Origin: Octopus bimaculoides
Taxonomy: Eukaryota
NCBI RefSeq assembly: GCF_001194135.2
Contig: NC_068985.1
Location: 15,423,161 to 15,464,626, forward strand
Length of the DNA: 41,466 nucleotides
Reading direction: 5' to 3'
A model generated the notes under the pieces. That model had not been told where the DNA came from and did not search any database. It saw only the letters and a program-made list of their open reading frames with translations. The number at the start of each line of letters is the position of its first letter. Positions within the stretch are counted from its first letter, which is position 1. Shown piece after piece: positions 1 to 11,910 of this stretch. The translations under genes and the position numbers were made by a program.

Positions 1-117
1 TTTTTTGTTTGTTATAACATATATGACTTAGGAAAGTTCATCATATATATTTTTGTTATAACATTTGAAACTTTGAAAAGCTGGTCACATCTTTTGTTAT
101 TAAATTTGTGGCTTTAA

Positions 118-225
118 AAAGGCAGCAAGCTGCCAGAAACGTTAGCACGCTGGGCGAAATGCTCAGAAGTATTACATTCTGAGTTCAAATTTTGCTGAGG
201 TTGATTTTGCCTTTTATCCTTTCAC
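118..225 (+). mobile_element. SINE fragment, family F (aaggcagcaagctgccagaaacgttagcac...)
   Basis: Homologous by eye to the reverse-oriented copies at 2555-2740, 6335-6500 and 11775-11910 (shared ctgagttcaaatt..ctgagg..ttgcc core). Confidence 0.6.
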
Positions 226-846
226 ATCGAAATCAAGCCAAATTTGATGACTCCCGTGCCAACCTTTCCTTCATTGGACACTAAACTCTGCTTGCGAAGA
301 CCTGTTGGGGCAAGTGAAATCAAAATCATAATTGAATCAAAATTTGATGACTTTTATTCATTTAGTTTTGATTATTATTTTTTTTTTTCATTCAGCTAGA
401 GTGTAGTTAGGACTTCATTATCCAATATGTCAATATGTTGTTCCTTTTATTTATGGTTCTAGGGAGTGGTTTGAGAGAGATTTAGCTTCTATTTCATGCA
501 GGTCGGTCAGAGTGCCATGTAGAGAAACCCTCATTGGTAGGTGGTACATTGTTGTGTGTCGGAGGGTCAGGCAAAGAGTTAGTAACAGTCATGATGAGAG
601 GTTGATCTCTCTCTCACACACAAACAGAACAGCAGATATTTTCATCAAAGTCAGCTCCCTAAAGACTTAAATTCTGGTTCCTCTGATGAGTGTGATCGAT
701 CTCATCCTGAATCTTGTCTTATTTTTTGATAATATATCAAGGTTTCAGTTTCCCTATCAATATATATATTTGTATGTCATGGTCTTGATAAATACACATC
801 ACATAGTCAGGGAGATTACATTTTGCCTCTCTGCATCTTCATTTAA

Positions 847-1074
847 CCCTTTAACATTTAAACCAGCCATATCAAGCCAAAATATTTTCCCATTTTTGTA
901 TTCAAACCAGCCAGATCTGGCCTCTCACACCTACTTTACAATGTCATTCTGACAATATACAACCACATCATGGAAAGTCATCGAAACCTGAAAGCTACAA
1001 GATAATGCATCAGTAATTCAAAACAACGAATAAATAAGCATTACATTTGACAAAGTAATCTGAATGCTAAAGGG
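847..1074 (+). mobile_element. piggyBac-type MITE, 228 bp, intact
   Basis: TTAA at 843-846 and 1075-1078. Termini CCCTTTAACATT / AATGCTAAAGGG form a TIR with one mismatch. Confidence 0.85.
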
Positions 1075-2042
1075 TTAATGTCCACTTTTTCATGCTTGCA
1101 TGGGGTCACACGAAATTTGTTGAGGCAGATTTGCTACAGCTGGGTGCCGTTCCTATCAACAGCCCTCACCTGTTTCCAAACAAGGTAATATTTTTCTCGT
1201 GGCCTGACATGTTTTTTCACGGAACACTGGAAACAAACCACTTTGCTTTGTATGACAGCAATGCTCTTTTACAAATCTCACGTAACATCTAAAACAAGGG
1301 TATACACACACACACACACACAGAGGCTCCTTTCAGTTTCCATCTAACAAATCCACTCACTTTTTTGCCTTTCATCTTTTTCGGTGATCGATAAAATAAG
1401 TTCTGGGCACTTGCTCGAATCACATCAGTTGATTGTTTCATCCATCACACTTCTTTTCCAAGCACATAGTCTAGATTCAATGTGAGATCACCATCACCAT
1501 CATCATCATCATCATCATCATCCTTATTTCTTTTCTTTAAATATAACTCTATTTTTGAAAGGTTCCTTGATATAATGCACCAATGTTCTCTAAATCCTGA
1601 ATTTGAGATGACTCCAAGTGCTAGTGCAGTGAGTAATGTTTAACTGATACTCACATTAACACCACCACTCCAACCTCTTTTATTCATGTGTCAATCCCTT
1701 AATACTTGTGTCCCTTATTTTCCGTTTGCCACCAGCTAATTACTTCCCTTGTTCTCTACCCCTTATTTATCACCATTTCCATCCTTTCACACACAGAGAT
1801 CTTCTGCATTTGCTCGTATTTCTCCTTCTGTTTTCTGAAAACTCAGCTTCGTACAAGAATGGAACCCCTATGCGGCTGTCCAAACTGCTAGAAATAGCAA
1901 CGAAATCTCTTTCGTTTCACAGCTTCCAGTCTTCGAAAAGAAAGACTCACTGGATATTGTAATACTGGGGGTTGCACTATGCCAGAGAAAAGATGAGATG
2001 AAAACAAAGACAACTTCGGCTGCATTTAAGCTCTGAATATGT

Positions 2043-2434
2043 TGTTGTTGTTGTTGGCACTCCGTTGCTTACGACGTCGAGGGTTCCAGTTGATCCGATC
2101 AACGGAACAGCCTGCTCATGAAATTAACGTGCAAGTGGCTGAACACTCCACAGACACGTGTACCCTTAATGTAGTTCTCGGGGATATTCGGCGTGACACA
2201 GTGTGACAAGGCTGGCCCTTTGAAATACAGGTGCAACAGAAACAGGAAGTAAGAGTGAGAGAAAGTTGTGGTGAAAGAGTACAGCAGGGTTCGCCACCAT
2301 CCCCTGCCGGAGCCTCGTGGAGCTTTATGTGTTTTTGCTCAATAAACACTCACAACGCCCAGTCTGGGAATCGAAACCGCGATCCTATGACCACGAGTCC
2401 ACTGCCCTAACCACTGGGCCATTGTGCCTCCCCC
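2043..2434 (-). mobile_element. Full-length tRNA-derived SINE with (CAA)n tail and 12-bp target-site duplication
   Basis: Minus strand A box TGGCCCAGTGG and B-box-like GGTTTCGATTCC. Tail is gttgtt on plus at 2041-2056. TSD CTCTGAATATGT at 2031-2042 and 2435-2446. Confidence 0.9.
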
Positions 2435-2554
2435 CTCTGAATATGTAAAGCTGGGGAAAATGCTACAGAACTACAAAATGCTTTGTAGCATTTTGCCCCC
2501 TGTGTTAACAATTCTGCCAGCTCGCTGCCTTCCGGAAAAACAATAATTGATAAA

Positions 2555-2990
2555 ATCATTGCCTTTGGATTTCGACACAAAGCCAACAGTTTTCAAAGGA
2601 AGGAGTTAGTTCACACCATCAACCTCCAATACTTAACTGGTATTTTATTCTATTGAACCTGAAAAGATGAAAGGCAAAATTGACCTGTGGGATTTGAACT
2701 CACTGCGTAAATAGATTTAACTATACTTGACTGCATTTTGTCATCACTCACTGTAAATTGTGCAAGGACCCAACCCTATTAACGATAGTGATAATGATTC
2801 TAATTTCTCCACAAGGGCACAAGGTTGATTATATTGATTATATTGATCTCTTTGTTTGATTAGTACCAATATTCTATTGATCCAGAACTCATAAAAGGCA
2901 AGTTTGACTTTCACAGGATTTGAAACCAACACAGAAAGCTACAAAGCTAAACGCTAACTCAAAGGCATTTTATCAATTCTCCCAGCTGCA
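2555..2990 (-). mobile_element. Two degraded family-F SINE copies
   Basis: Shared cttaactggta...aaaggcaa...gatttgaa core, as in the copies at 6335 and 11775. Confidence 0.5.
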
Positions 2991-3179
2991 GGCCTAAATA
3001 ACAATTCTTTTATTTGCCACAAGGGTTTAGATCAAATGCAAAGACTACAAAGGGGTTTTATTTTAATTCATTGTTTTTTTTTATGTTTTTCACAGCTTAG
3101 CAGCATGGGTGGGACAGGCTTTGCTGGAGTAATTGTCTTCAACAGTTGCTTGTCCTGCCTTCTTATTGCTAACTACTCA

Positions 3180-3600
3180 ACCATAAGACATGGGTGAAAC
3201 CTGACTGTGATCGTAACACATGTGTCCACTCCCACTCCTGATGAGCAGATCTCTCCTCCAACGATCTATAATACCTTATATTATCTATTTAAATTTAAAC
3301 CGATTAAAATGATCTTATATTTGGGACAGCTTAACATCAAATGATTAAACTGCTTCCGTCTCTTTCTGTCAGGCGTCATTGGAACCACTCATCAATCTAT
3401 TACACCTTATTGTAAACATTCCTATCTCTTCTTTACCCCAACTACTCCCATCCTACGACTACCATTCTCTCTCTCTCTCTCTCACATACTCCCCCTCTTT
3501 GCTCCAACTAGTTTGTTTCTCTGTTTAACCATTTTCTCTCTACCAATCCTCTGCTATTCTAACCACAGCTACCAATGACACTGCTGTGAGAATCTGTCGA
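3180..3600 (-). mobile_element. Highly decayed LINE (RTE-like) fossil
   Basis: Minus translation fragments such as MSGSNDA*QKETEAV resemble the RTE C-terminal MLxGSETWALxKED region. Weak, by eye. Confidence 0.35.
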
Positions 3601-3646
3601 TTCATTAATAACGCTTGTGTTCTTTCTGTATTTCATCTCTTTCCAG

Positions 3647-3780
3647 GTGAAGTTTTTATCGTAGAGAAAGTCTTAAAGAAACGTGTGCAAAAAGGTCATC
3701 AAGAGGTTTTGGTCAAATGGAAAGGTTACAGCAATCGTTACAACTCATGGGAACCAGTGGACAACATTTTCACCATGTAA
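3647..3780 (+). CDS. Terminal exon of an unidentified gene encoding a C-terminal chromodomain (EVFIVEKVLKKRVQKGHQEVLVKWKGYSNRYNSWEPVDNIFTM*)
   Basis: Strong acceptor (tttctgtatttcatctctttccag, AG at 3645-3646), phase 1. Chromodomain pattern F-x-VE...LVKWKGY...NSWEP. TAA at 3778-3780, AATAAA at 3816-3821 and 4817-4822. Confidence 0.8.
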
Positions 3781-4916
3781 ACCTCTCAGTTTCTGGGGAG
3801 GAGGGGTAAAAGTAAAATAAATAAGTAAAAAATAATACTTTAAATGAAAAAAAAAAAAATTATCACAATGAAGTAGAAATCATTTCAGCTTGTAGAACAG
3901 ATTTTCACTAGATTGTTGGTTCTGCCAACATCTAATCACATGACTATTTGCACTACATTTCTTTTTTTTTTTTAAATAATAATTATAATTATAATTAATA
4001 ATAATTATAAAGTTTGGAGAGCAAAGGATCTCAGGGCTAGAACACATGGAAATTTCTCTCTCTATCTCTTGTTTTCCCCTTTCCCCTCCCTCCCCCCATG
4101 CAAACACATATACATGCACAACATACAGAAAGAAAAGAACTCTAAGGTTACCTTCATAAAAATTCCCCTAAGAAAATCTTTGAAAATTCCAAAATATTCA
4201 GATTTAGATTAAAATATGGAAAAGAAAAAATATAATATATATATATATATATATATAAATAAGAAACTTAACAAGAAATGATACTTGAATTTTTTTGTTT
4301 AACCACCTACCACCAAGGCCAATAATTTTTCTGAAAAGGATTTTTGTCAAAATGAAAATGCATCTTGAATCTTGTTTTAGTCTACTTAGCATTAGGGAGA
4401 GACAGCATTAAGTTTTTTTTTGTCTTTTCCTTCTTTCTTACTTCCCTCTTTTTAACTCTTCTTTCTCAAATTTAATTTCTTCACAATGAATTATTGCACA
4501 GAATTTGTCTACATGCTAGTAAATACTGGTAGAATGCCCGATTTGTATGTAGGAAACTAACAGATTAAAAAATTCCCGAAACGTATGTCTGCTTTTGTAC
4601 TAAGCAAGGGGAGACTTTTATACATGTTTCTATAAGTGTGCATCGTGCATGCACATGCATGCATTATGTGTGATACTAAGGCAGTGTTAACATCTTAATA
4701 TGTGTTTGTGTGTGTATATGTGCCTTAATGTTACTGGGTTTTGAGTGGGGCAGGACTGGATTTGGTCGACACTATTATGTCGATTACAACCTAACTAATA
4801 GGAATAATTAAGAAAGAATAAATTCTATTGGAATTTCATTTTCTAGCATTGGTTAAGTGAAACAATAGTTTAAATTTTGCGTATGTATAATATATATATA
4901 CATATATATATGTATG

Positions 4917-5045
4917 TAGAAGAGCATAGGCTCGAAACGTCAAAGACTCTTCCATTTTTCCTGAGCGTCAAATTAATACACCTTGTTCGTTGTTCCCTCA
5001 TCTGTCTGTGTCTAGTTTTCCGTACAATTTTGAACCACCATGCGT
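4917..5045 (+). mobile_element. Probable Penelope-like element terminal remnant
   Basis: GAAGA-gcataggctc-GAAACGTC resembles Penelope-like termini; flanked by (TA)/(TATG) microsatellites. Confidence 0.4.
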
Positions 5046-6334
5046 ATAGTGTGTGTATGTATGTATGTATGTATATATATATATATATATATATATAATG
5101 TATGTATGTAGATATTTGATTAATGAGAGAGATAGATGGGAAATATGAGAATGTTTAGTAATCACTACAATTTTTTCAACTCATCTAACATTGATCCCTC
5201 ACAGGTGGGATACTGAACAACTGGTTTAGAAGTAGTTGTCGGTGTAGATGTGTCTCTTCAGGTGATTACAAGACATATCTCCTTGAAAAGCAGCAAGTCG
5301 GTGTGTGTGTGTATGCATGCATACACGCTCAGAAGTTCTGGTGATTCACAGAATTTCTCACAATGAAATGAATCCCCTGCTTCTTCCATATGAATAAACA
5401 CACAATTAAGGAGTTGGGAGTAATTTCAAAATAGAAAAACAAGTTTTCTAACATATTTATCAGATTTTCAAAGTTTTATTTGAGTAAGTTCAGTTCTTTA
5501 TTTCATCTTCTCCCTTTGTAGTGTAAACTAGAATATGTACGTTATATAAGAAACAAAAAAAAACATAATCTAAAGACAAAAAGGAAATGATTGAGTTATT
5601 ATTACCAGCATATATCTCATCAATTCATAGCAACAACCCCATTGTCATTTTTAATCAACAACTATAATATTTTTAAAAGCATTTTATTCCCCGTCACCAT
5701 GTCCATACAAAACCCAGAACATTTAGAAAGCTTGAAAATTTATCAAACATTTCTGCTAAAAATAATATCTTGATCAACCCCCTGAAAGTCACTATTGTCA
5801 TCTCCTGTGTAGATTTTTCAAGAAGGTTCTATTTGTTTTTTTGGGTTTTTTAAAAGAAAAAAAAATTTTTTTTTTAACAATTCTATCTCCAAACTTGTTC
5901 TGGCAAAAATCTTTTAAGAAGCAGATCCATTAAATAAAAAAAAAAAAAAAGAAGCGGGAGAGAAAATACATCTCCTAAACAGTAGCAATATGAACAAATA
6001 CCTAAAATTTTTTTTTTCTCTCATGGAATGAATAAAAGAAAGAAAGAAAAATAATCTAAAAAAAGAAAAAAAACAAAGAAATGAAAATACTGTTCTTTTG
6101 TCATTTTTGTTTGTTCTTAACTGTTTTCTTTTATGCATTGTCTGTTAACCCTTTGAGTGGATTGGATCAGTTGCCTATGTTCAGTACACGGCAGGAGGAA
6201 GGCATCAGCATGTTCTCCTTAACCACAGTCCAATGTGGAAGCTCGAGATCATACTGGTTTGATGAGTCTACCCTGCCACACTGGTTCAATATGGCTTGGC
6301 AGAAGGGGACAGTTTTTATATCCTTACCCAGGAA

Positions 6335-6500
6335 TAGTTAAGTCAATTATATCAACCCCTATACTCAACTGGTACTTATTTTATCTGAAAGGAAGGCAAA
6401 GTCAACCTCAGCAGAATTTGAGCTCCGAATATAAGCATGGGTGAAATACCACTAAGCATTTCGTCTGGCATGCTAATGATTCTGCTAGCTCAGCACCTTT
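6335..6500 (-). mobile_element. Family-F SINE copy
   Basis: ctcaactggtacttattttatc...aaggcaaagtcaacctcagcagaatttgagctc core shared with 11775-11910. Confidence 0.65.
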
Positions 6501-6507
6501 AACCCTT

Positions 6508-7080
6508 CATCATTATCGTTTAACGTCCATTTTCCATGCTGGCATGGGTTGGACGGTTTGACTGGGGACCAGCAAGCCAGGAGGCCACACCAGGTTCCAA
6601 CCTGATCTGGCAATGTTTCTACAGCTGAATGCCCTTCCTAACGCCAACCACTCTGAGAGTGTAATGGGTGCTTTTTACGTGCCATTGGCATGGGAGCCAG
6701 TCAGGAGGCACTGGCATCAGCTATGTTTGGAGGGTGCTTTTTACGTGCCACCAGCACAGGAGCCAGTCGGGGCAATGGGGGCTGGCATTGACCATGTTCG
6801 GATGTTGCTTTTTACATTCCACCGGCACAGGGAGCCAGTCAGGTGACCCACGCATGAATGGTGCTTATTGCGTGCCACAACTACAATTTCCATTTGATTT
6901 GATTTGATTTTGATTTACTTGACTTAAGCATGGAATGTCACCTGATGATTTCAAAGGTACTTTTTAAGTACAAAGGGCTGGTTATGTGCTTATGCGACAC
7001 TGGTGTAGGCTATGGCTGTGATCTCACTTTCCTTGCTGAGTCTTCTCAATCACAGCATATCTCCAGAGGTCTCGATCTTT
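6508..7080 (-). mobile_element. RTE LINE 3' end (ORF tail plus 3' UTR tandem units and (GAT)n tail)
   Basis: Reverse complement of 39990-40597; begins catcattatcgtttaacgtcc. Confidence 0.85.
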
Positions 7081-7154
7081 CATCAAAAATATGCAAATAC
7101 GTGAGTAATATTTAAGACCACAAATAATTACTAACTGTTTGCATATGAATAGAT

Positions 7155-7502
7155 GGGCACAGATGTGGCTATGTACTTAAGAAGCTTGCTTCCTAAATAT
7201 GTGGTTTTAGGTTCAGTCCCACAGTGCAGCACTTTGAGCAAGTGTCTTCTACTACAGCTTTGAGCTGACCAAAGGCTTGTAATTGAATTTGCTAGACAGA
7301 AACTGAAAGAATCTTATGTGTGTATCTGTACCCTTGTCTAGGCATCGTGATAATTGTAAACATTGAAGTTGTTTGTTTCCAGTCTCCCATGAAAACCATG
7401 CTTGGCCCTGGGAAACAGGTGGCGGTTGGTGACAGGAAGGGCATTCAGCTGTACAAAATGTGTGTCAGCTTATTACATCCAACCCATGCAAGCATGGGAA
7501 AG
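7155..7502 (+). mobile_element. Family-A-headed SINE variant ending in an RTE-type 3' tail
   Basis: Head homologous to 10587-10740; tail ggaagggcattcagctgt...ccaacccatgcaagcatgg homologous to the LINE end at 40455-40565. Confidence 0.7.
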
Positions 7503-7508
7503 TATTGC

Positions 7509-8125
7509 AGGCACAGGAGTGGCTGTGTGGTAAGTAGCTTGCTTACCAACAACATGGTTCCAGGTTCAGTCCTACTACATGGCACCTTGTGCAAGTGTCT
7601 TCTACTATAGCGTCAGGCCAACCAAAGCCTTGTGTGTGGATTTGGTAGATGGAAACTGAAAGAAGCTTGTCGTGAATCCGACGACTGGCACCCATGCCAA
7701 CCTCTCCTTCATTGGACACTAAACTCTGCTTGCGAAGACCTGCTGGGGCAAGTGAAATCGTAATTGAACCATACTCGATGACTGGTCACCACGCCAGTGG
7801 AGCACTAACAGCACTGTCGAGCATGTTCATTGCCAGAGCAGCTGTCTGGCTTCCGTGTTAGTGGCTCGTAAATAGCACCATTTGAGCGTAATCATTACCA
7901 GCGTTGCCTTCTAGCACTTGTGCTGGTGGCACATTAGAAAATCATTCGAGCGAGGTCGTTGCCAGTGCCGCTGGACTGGCTCCCATGCAGGTGGCACATA
8001 AAAAACACCAAAGACCGCTAAAATAAATACTAGGCTTACAAAGAATAAGTCCTGGGGTTGATTTGTTTGACTAAAGATGGTGCTCCAGCATGGCTGCAAT
8101 CAAATGACAAACAAGTAAAAGAGAT
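7509..8125 (+). mobile_element. Chimeric family-A SINE interrupted by an RTE 3' UTR segment (about 7674-8008)
   Basis: SINE head 7509-7672 and SINE 3' part about 8009-8125. The middle matches 40086-40330. Confidence 0.8.
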
Positions 8126-8659
8126 TAAAACGATGACGAGGAGAAGCAGGAGGATATCTTTCAGGCTGATATGAAAGCTGCTCATCTAATGAGAATAATT
8201 TTCAAATTCAACTTTACGATGAAAGTAAACAAAGTTTGTTTTTAGAAGCGTTGAGATGTATTGTAAGATATAGAAATAAATTTATTTCTCAAACGCGTGG
8301 TAATGCTATAAATAGTGTGATCAGGATAAATTATCCATATATTGCAGAAAAATATGTTACTGGTATTGCTTAGAAATGCACGTGTCCTTCATTTCCTTAA
8401 TTAGGAACAGAAAAAAAAAAAAGTAAAGTGAAACAATGTTGACCAAATGCATGAGAGTATACTCTGGAATGAAAGCAAACTGTGGATGTTGACTTTAAAA
8501 CAATTTTAACACTAGATTTCCAACTGAAAGGATTCAGAGGTGGGGGTCAGTTGTCTTTGGTCACACTTCCATTGGGTTTATTGTATTATGCCTCCTCACC
8601 CATTCTCCTTCTCTAACCATCCTTCATTTCCCCATATACTCTTGCCATTTCTAACTACC

Positions 8660-8895
8660 CTTGCTCTTGGCTCAGTGTTTAGAGTGTTGGGTTCACAATG
8701 ATGAGGTAGTGAGTTCAATTCCGAGACCAGGCTGTGTGTTGTGTTCTTGAGCAAGACACTTTATTTCACGTTGCTCCAGTTCATTCATCTGTGGAAATCA
8801 GTTGCGACATCACTGGTGCCAAGCTGTATCGGCCTTTGCCTTTCCCTTGGATAACATCGGTGGCATGGAGAAGGAAGGCTGGTATGCATGGGTAC
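8660..8895 (+). mobile_element. tRNA-derived SINE (family D)
   Basis: A-box-like TGGCTCAGTGT at 8668-8678 and B-box-like GAGTTCAATTCC at 8711-8722, followed by cttgagcaagacactt body. Confidence 0.7.
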
Positions 8896-8897
8896 TA

Positions 8898-9047
8898 ATC
8901 ATGCATTATCTCATAGCTTTAAGATTTCAAAGATGTGATTGTTTATTTTTAGAAGGACATTGTAGGGTAGGTGTGAGAGACCAGTTTTGACATAAAGCAG
9001 CTACAATATTTGGGCTGGAAATGGCCAATTTAAATGTTAAAAGGTTG
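8898..9047 (-). mobile_element. Partial piggyBac-type MITE (same family as 847-1074)
   Basis: Reverse complement of tgcattatc...gtgtgagag...tttaaatgttaaa core. Confidence 0.65.
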
Positions 9048-9310
9048 ATGGTCACCTGACTGACTAAAAATAGTAGCCAAATATGCTGTTGCTTTTGGAA
9101 AGAAAAAGACTGAGAAAAGAAAAAAAAACTGAATGAATCACAAGTTAGAATGCTTTTGGAAATATTTCTAACAAGATAAAGTAAATTGTAAACAACAAAA
9201 CAACCCAAGGAGTTAAATGACTAAACACATTGACATTCACTAAAAAATATATCAAAAGTTAACCAAACCCAAGTTAACAGCTTTGTTGTCACTTTATATA
9301 TGTACTTGTG

Positions 9311-9446
9311 TTAGGAAGGGCATCCAGCCGTAGAAACTCTGCCAAATTTAGATTGGAGCCTGGTGTTGCCATCCGGTTTCACCAGTCCTCAGTCAAATCG
9401 TCCAACCCATGCTAGCATGGAAAGCGGACGTTAAACGATGATGATG
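9311..9446 (+). mobile_element. 5'-truncated RTE 3' end with (GAT)n tail
   Basis: Close match to 37555-37692 and 40455-40597. Confidence 0.88.
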
Positions 9447-9849
9447 TGTGTTGGGTGAAATGTGGCTTTCCCAAACAGCAGTAAAAGCAACCTATTCAGC
9501 TCAACAACTCAAACGCTGATACAATCTAGAGTATAGTTCAATTGTCAGACTTATCCAGTGGAAGCAGGGGAGGGGAACATAATAAAATCTACCTGGTACA
9601 TGTTGTAAAGTGGTTTGCAGGAAGAAGGGCACATCCAGCTGTAAAACCACCTCACAAAACATAGATCTAATGAAAATCCCAAACAGCTAATGGTTATGTT
9701 AATGCTGCACATGATAGTGGAGTAGGTGGGGACATTTGTCCCCACATGAGTCATCAAATGATCTCACCAACTTTTTCAGATGCAAAAAAAATAGACACCA
9801 AATAATCTACCCATCACTGGAAATTCCTCTTTCTATCAGGTAAAATACT

Positions 9850-10450
9850 TCAGAGCTCACACTAATGTTGGCACAATGAAAAGTAGATCTGGAAAGGTTG
9901 TGAGAACAGAAACATAAATATGAGTTGTGAACAAGATGTAAGATGAAGGGGAGCCTTTACTAGATTCCTCACAGGTACAAAATGTTGAGTGGAGAAATGG
10001 CTGAAATAACTGAAGTCAATGTATTTAACAATGTTGTTTATGACCAGCTGAGGCTAGTCATAAGCAACTTCTGAACAATACCTACCTTGGTAATGGAAAA
10101 CGGCAGGCTCATTATGTTGAATGAGACTGTAATGGTAAATATGATGTAAATAAAGACTATGAGACATGCAATGAAGAAAAGGCTCTTGTAGTTTTGTGAC
10201 CTAACTTTAGGAAACCGGCTGGCAACCTGTTTGCTTACCAATCAGGTGAACAAACAAATCAGATTTCATATTCAACAGTAAAACAGGACAGATACTTAGT
10301 ACTATTGAGTCGTCTTCACTGAAAAGATTTCCACTCACCATAAAGTAGTGATTAGTAACACCAAAATAAGAGCCAGACAGGCCCAGAAACAAAAGACAAT
10401 ATAGAGAAGGAAGGTATGGAAGCTGAAAGATATCTGACAGATTCAAAAAA
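9850..10450 (+). mobile_element. Decayed RTE LINE endonuclease region
   Basis: Broken frames give TNVGTMKSRSGKVV, GAFTRFLTG, HKVVISN and RRKVWKLKD, resembling RTE APE domains (by eye). Confidence 0.55.
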
Positions 10451-10586
10451 AGGTTCCTAGATTAGAAATAGGGGCCTATAATATAGGCAACTGGGAGTTT
10501 GAGACAACCCATGATCCACAGACCAGATACTGTATTTTCTAGCAGCATACAAGTCAAATTTTTTAGACCAAAATGTACAGCAAGAT

Positions 10587-10960
10587 AGGCACAAGAGTGG
10601 CTGTGTGGTAAGTAGCTTGCTTACCAACCACATGGTTCCGGGTTCAGTCCCAATGTGTGGCATCTTGGGCAAGTGTCTTCTACTATAGCTTCGGGCCTTC
10701 CAAAGCCTTGTTAGTGGATTTGGTAGATGGAAACTGAAAGAAGCCTGTCATATATATGTATATGTGTTTGTCCCCCTAGCATTGCTTGACAACCAATGCT
10801 GGTGTGTTTATGTCCCCGTAACTTAACAGTTCGGCAAAAGAGACCGACAGAATAAGTACTGAGCTTACAAAGAATAAGTCCCTGGGTTGATTTGCTCAAC
10901 TAAAGGCGGTGCTCCAGCATGGCCACAGTCAAATGACTGAAACAAGTAAAAGAGTAAAGA
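10587..10960 (+). mobile_element. Full-length family-A SINE
   Basis: tRNA-like head (gtggctgtgtggtaag...ggttcagtccc), central (TA)/(TG) microsatellite, ggtgctccagcatggcc 3' domain, (gtaaaaga)-type tail. Colinear with 12826, 29528 and 41255. Confidence 0.9.
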
Positions 10961-11774
10961 GAGAGAGCAAAAGAAAACGGAGTGAGGTAGGTTAACTTAT
11001 AATATACCAAGATGACTTAGGAGGACCAGAAATTCCTTGTGGATGAAATGTAGCAGGATTTAGAAAGGAAGCAACAATATACTCTCTTGACTTGGTTGCC
11101 AGGAGTTATGGTAGACCAAGTCTCCAGCCAAATGGAATAATAGTATAGACAAAGCTACAAAGACAGCCTGCAGAAAATGAAATGGTGGGGAGACAAAGAA
11201 CAGTAGTAAGTAGCTAGATGTCAATTAGGGTAGGAAATTTGGGCCCAGCGGCCTTGGGAAGTAGATAACTCCAAGAATAATTCCTTCTAGTATGTGAAGA
11301 GAGGAAGGTTAAAGGAATCAATCACAACAGTAAATTGGCTTGGAAAATACTCAGGCCTCATCAGAAGAGGTTGAAGACAAATGGACATCCTAGAACTCCC
11401 ACCCTCATCTCCAGCCATGAGGATAAAAATTCATAGACAACTATACAACAAGGACAGAAAATGTGTTTGCTAGTTTTCTGCAATGTATTTGAGGTATTCT
11501 GGACTGCAAAACATTTGGTATGAATTGAGACATTATTAATGAAAAGTTTGTTTACAAAAGCAATACATCTGCTTTCACTGCAGTTAAAAAAAGGAAAAGC
11601 TAGTAAAATTTTCAGTCCAAGAATTTTGGGAACAAAGAGGAAGAGTAGTGAACCCAACTGCAGGCACAGTTCTACAATCAAAAATGGCCAAACCATCAGG
11701 GATAGAGATGCTGGAAACAGCCAGCAAAATGGGTTATACATAAGTGACTCGGATAACCAATATTCTTTTCTACT

Positions 11775-11910
11775 CTAGGCACAAGGGGAGGGGGGGCAGT
11801 CGATTAGACCAACCCCAGTACATAACTGGTACTTAATTTATCAACCCTGAAAGGCAAAGTCGGCCTCAGTGGAATTTGAACTCAGAATATAAAGACATGA
11901 AATGCTACTA
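11775..11910 (-). mobile_element. Family-F SINE copy
   Basis: accccagtacataactggtacttaatttatcaaccctgaaaggcaaagtcggcctcagtggaatttgaactcag. Confidence 0.65.

Noticed and set aside
2370-2434. tRNA genes at SINE heads (also 8660, 10587, 36983)
   Set aside because: A/B boxes are present but run into SINE bodies with tails and TSDs; there is no complete cloverleaf.
3096-3200. Possible upstream exon of the chromodomain gene (strong ttttcacag acceptor)
   Set aside because: Two frames close quickly, the open one has no convincing donor in the needed phase, and the sequence looks repeat-derived.
3586-3646. Reading the 64-aa ORF as a standalone gene or an unspliced integrase remnant
   Set aside because: The first 20 codons are a polypyrimidine tract or branch region, and no integrase sequence lies upstream in any frame I could read.
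5262-5344. Possible alternative terminal exon (tctcttcag|GT GAT TAC...)
   Set aside because: No recognisable protein similarity, and it runs through a (TG)n tract.
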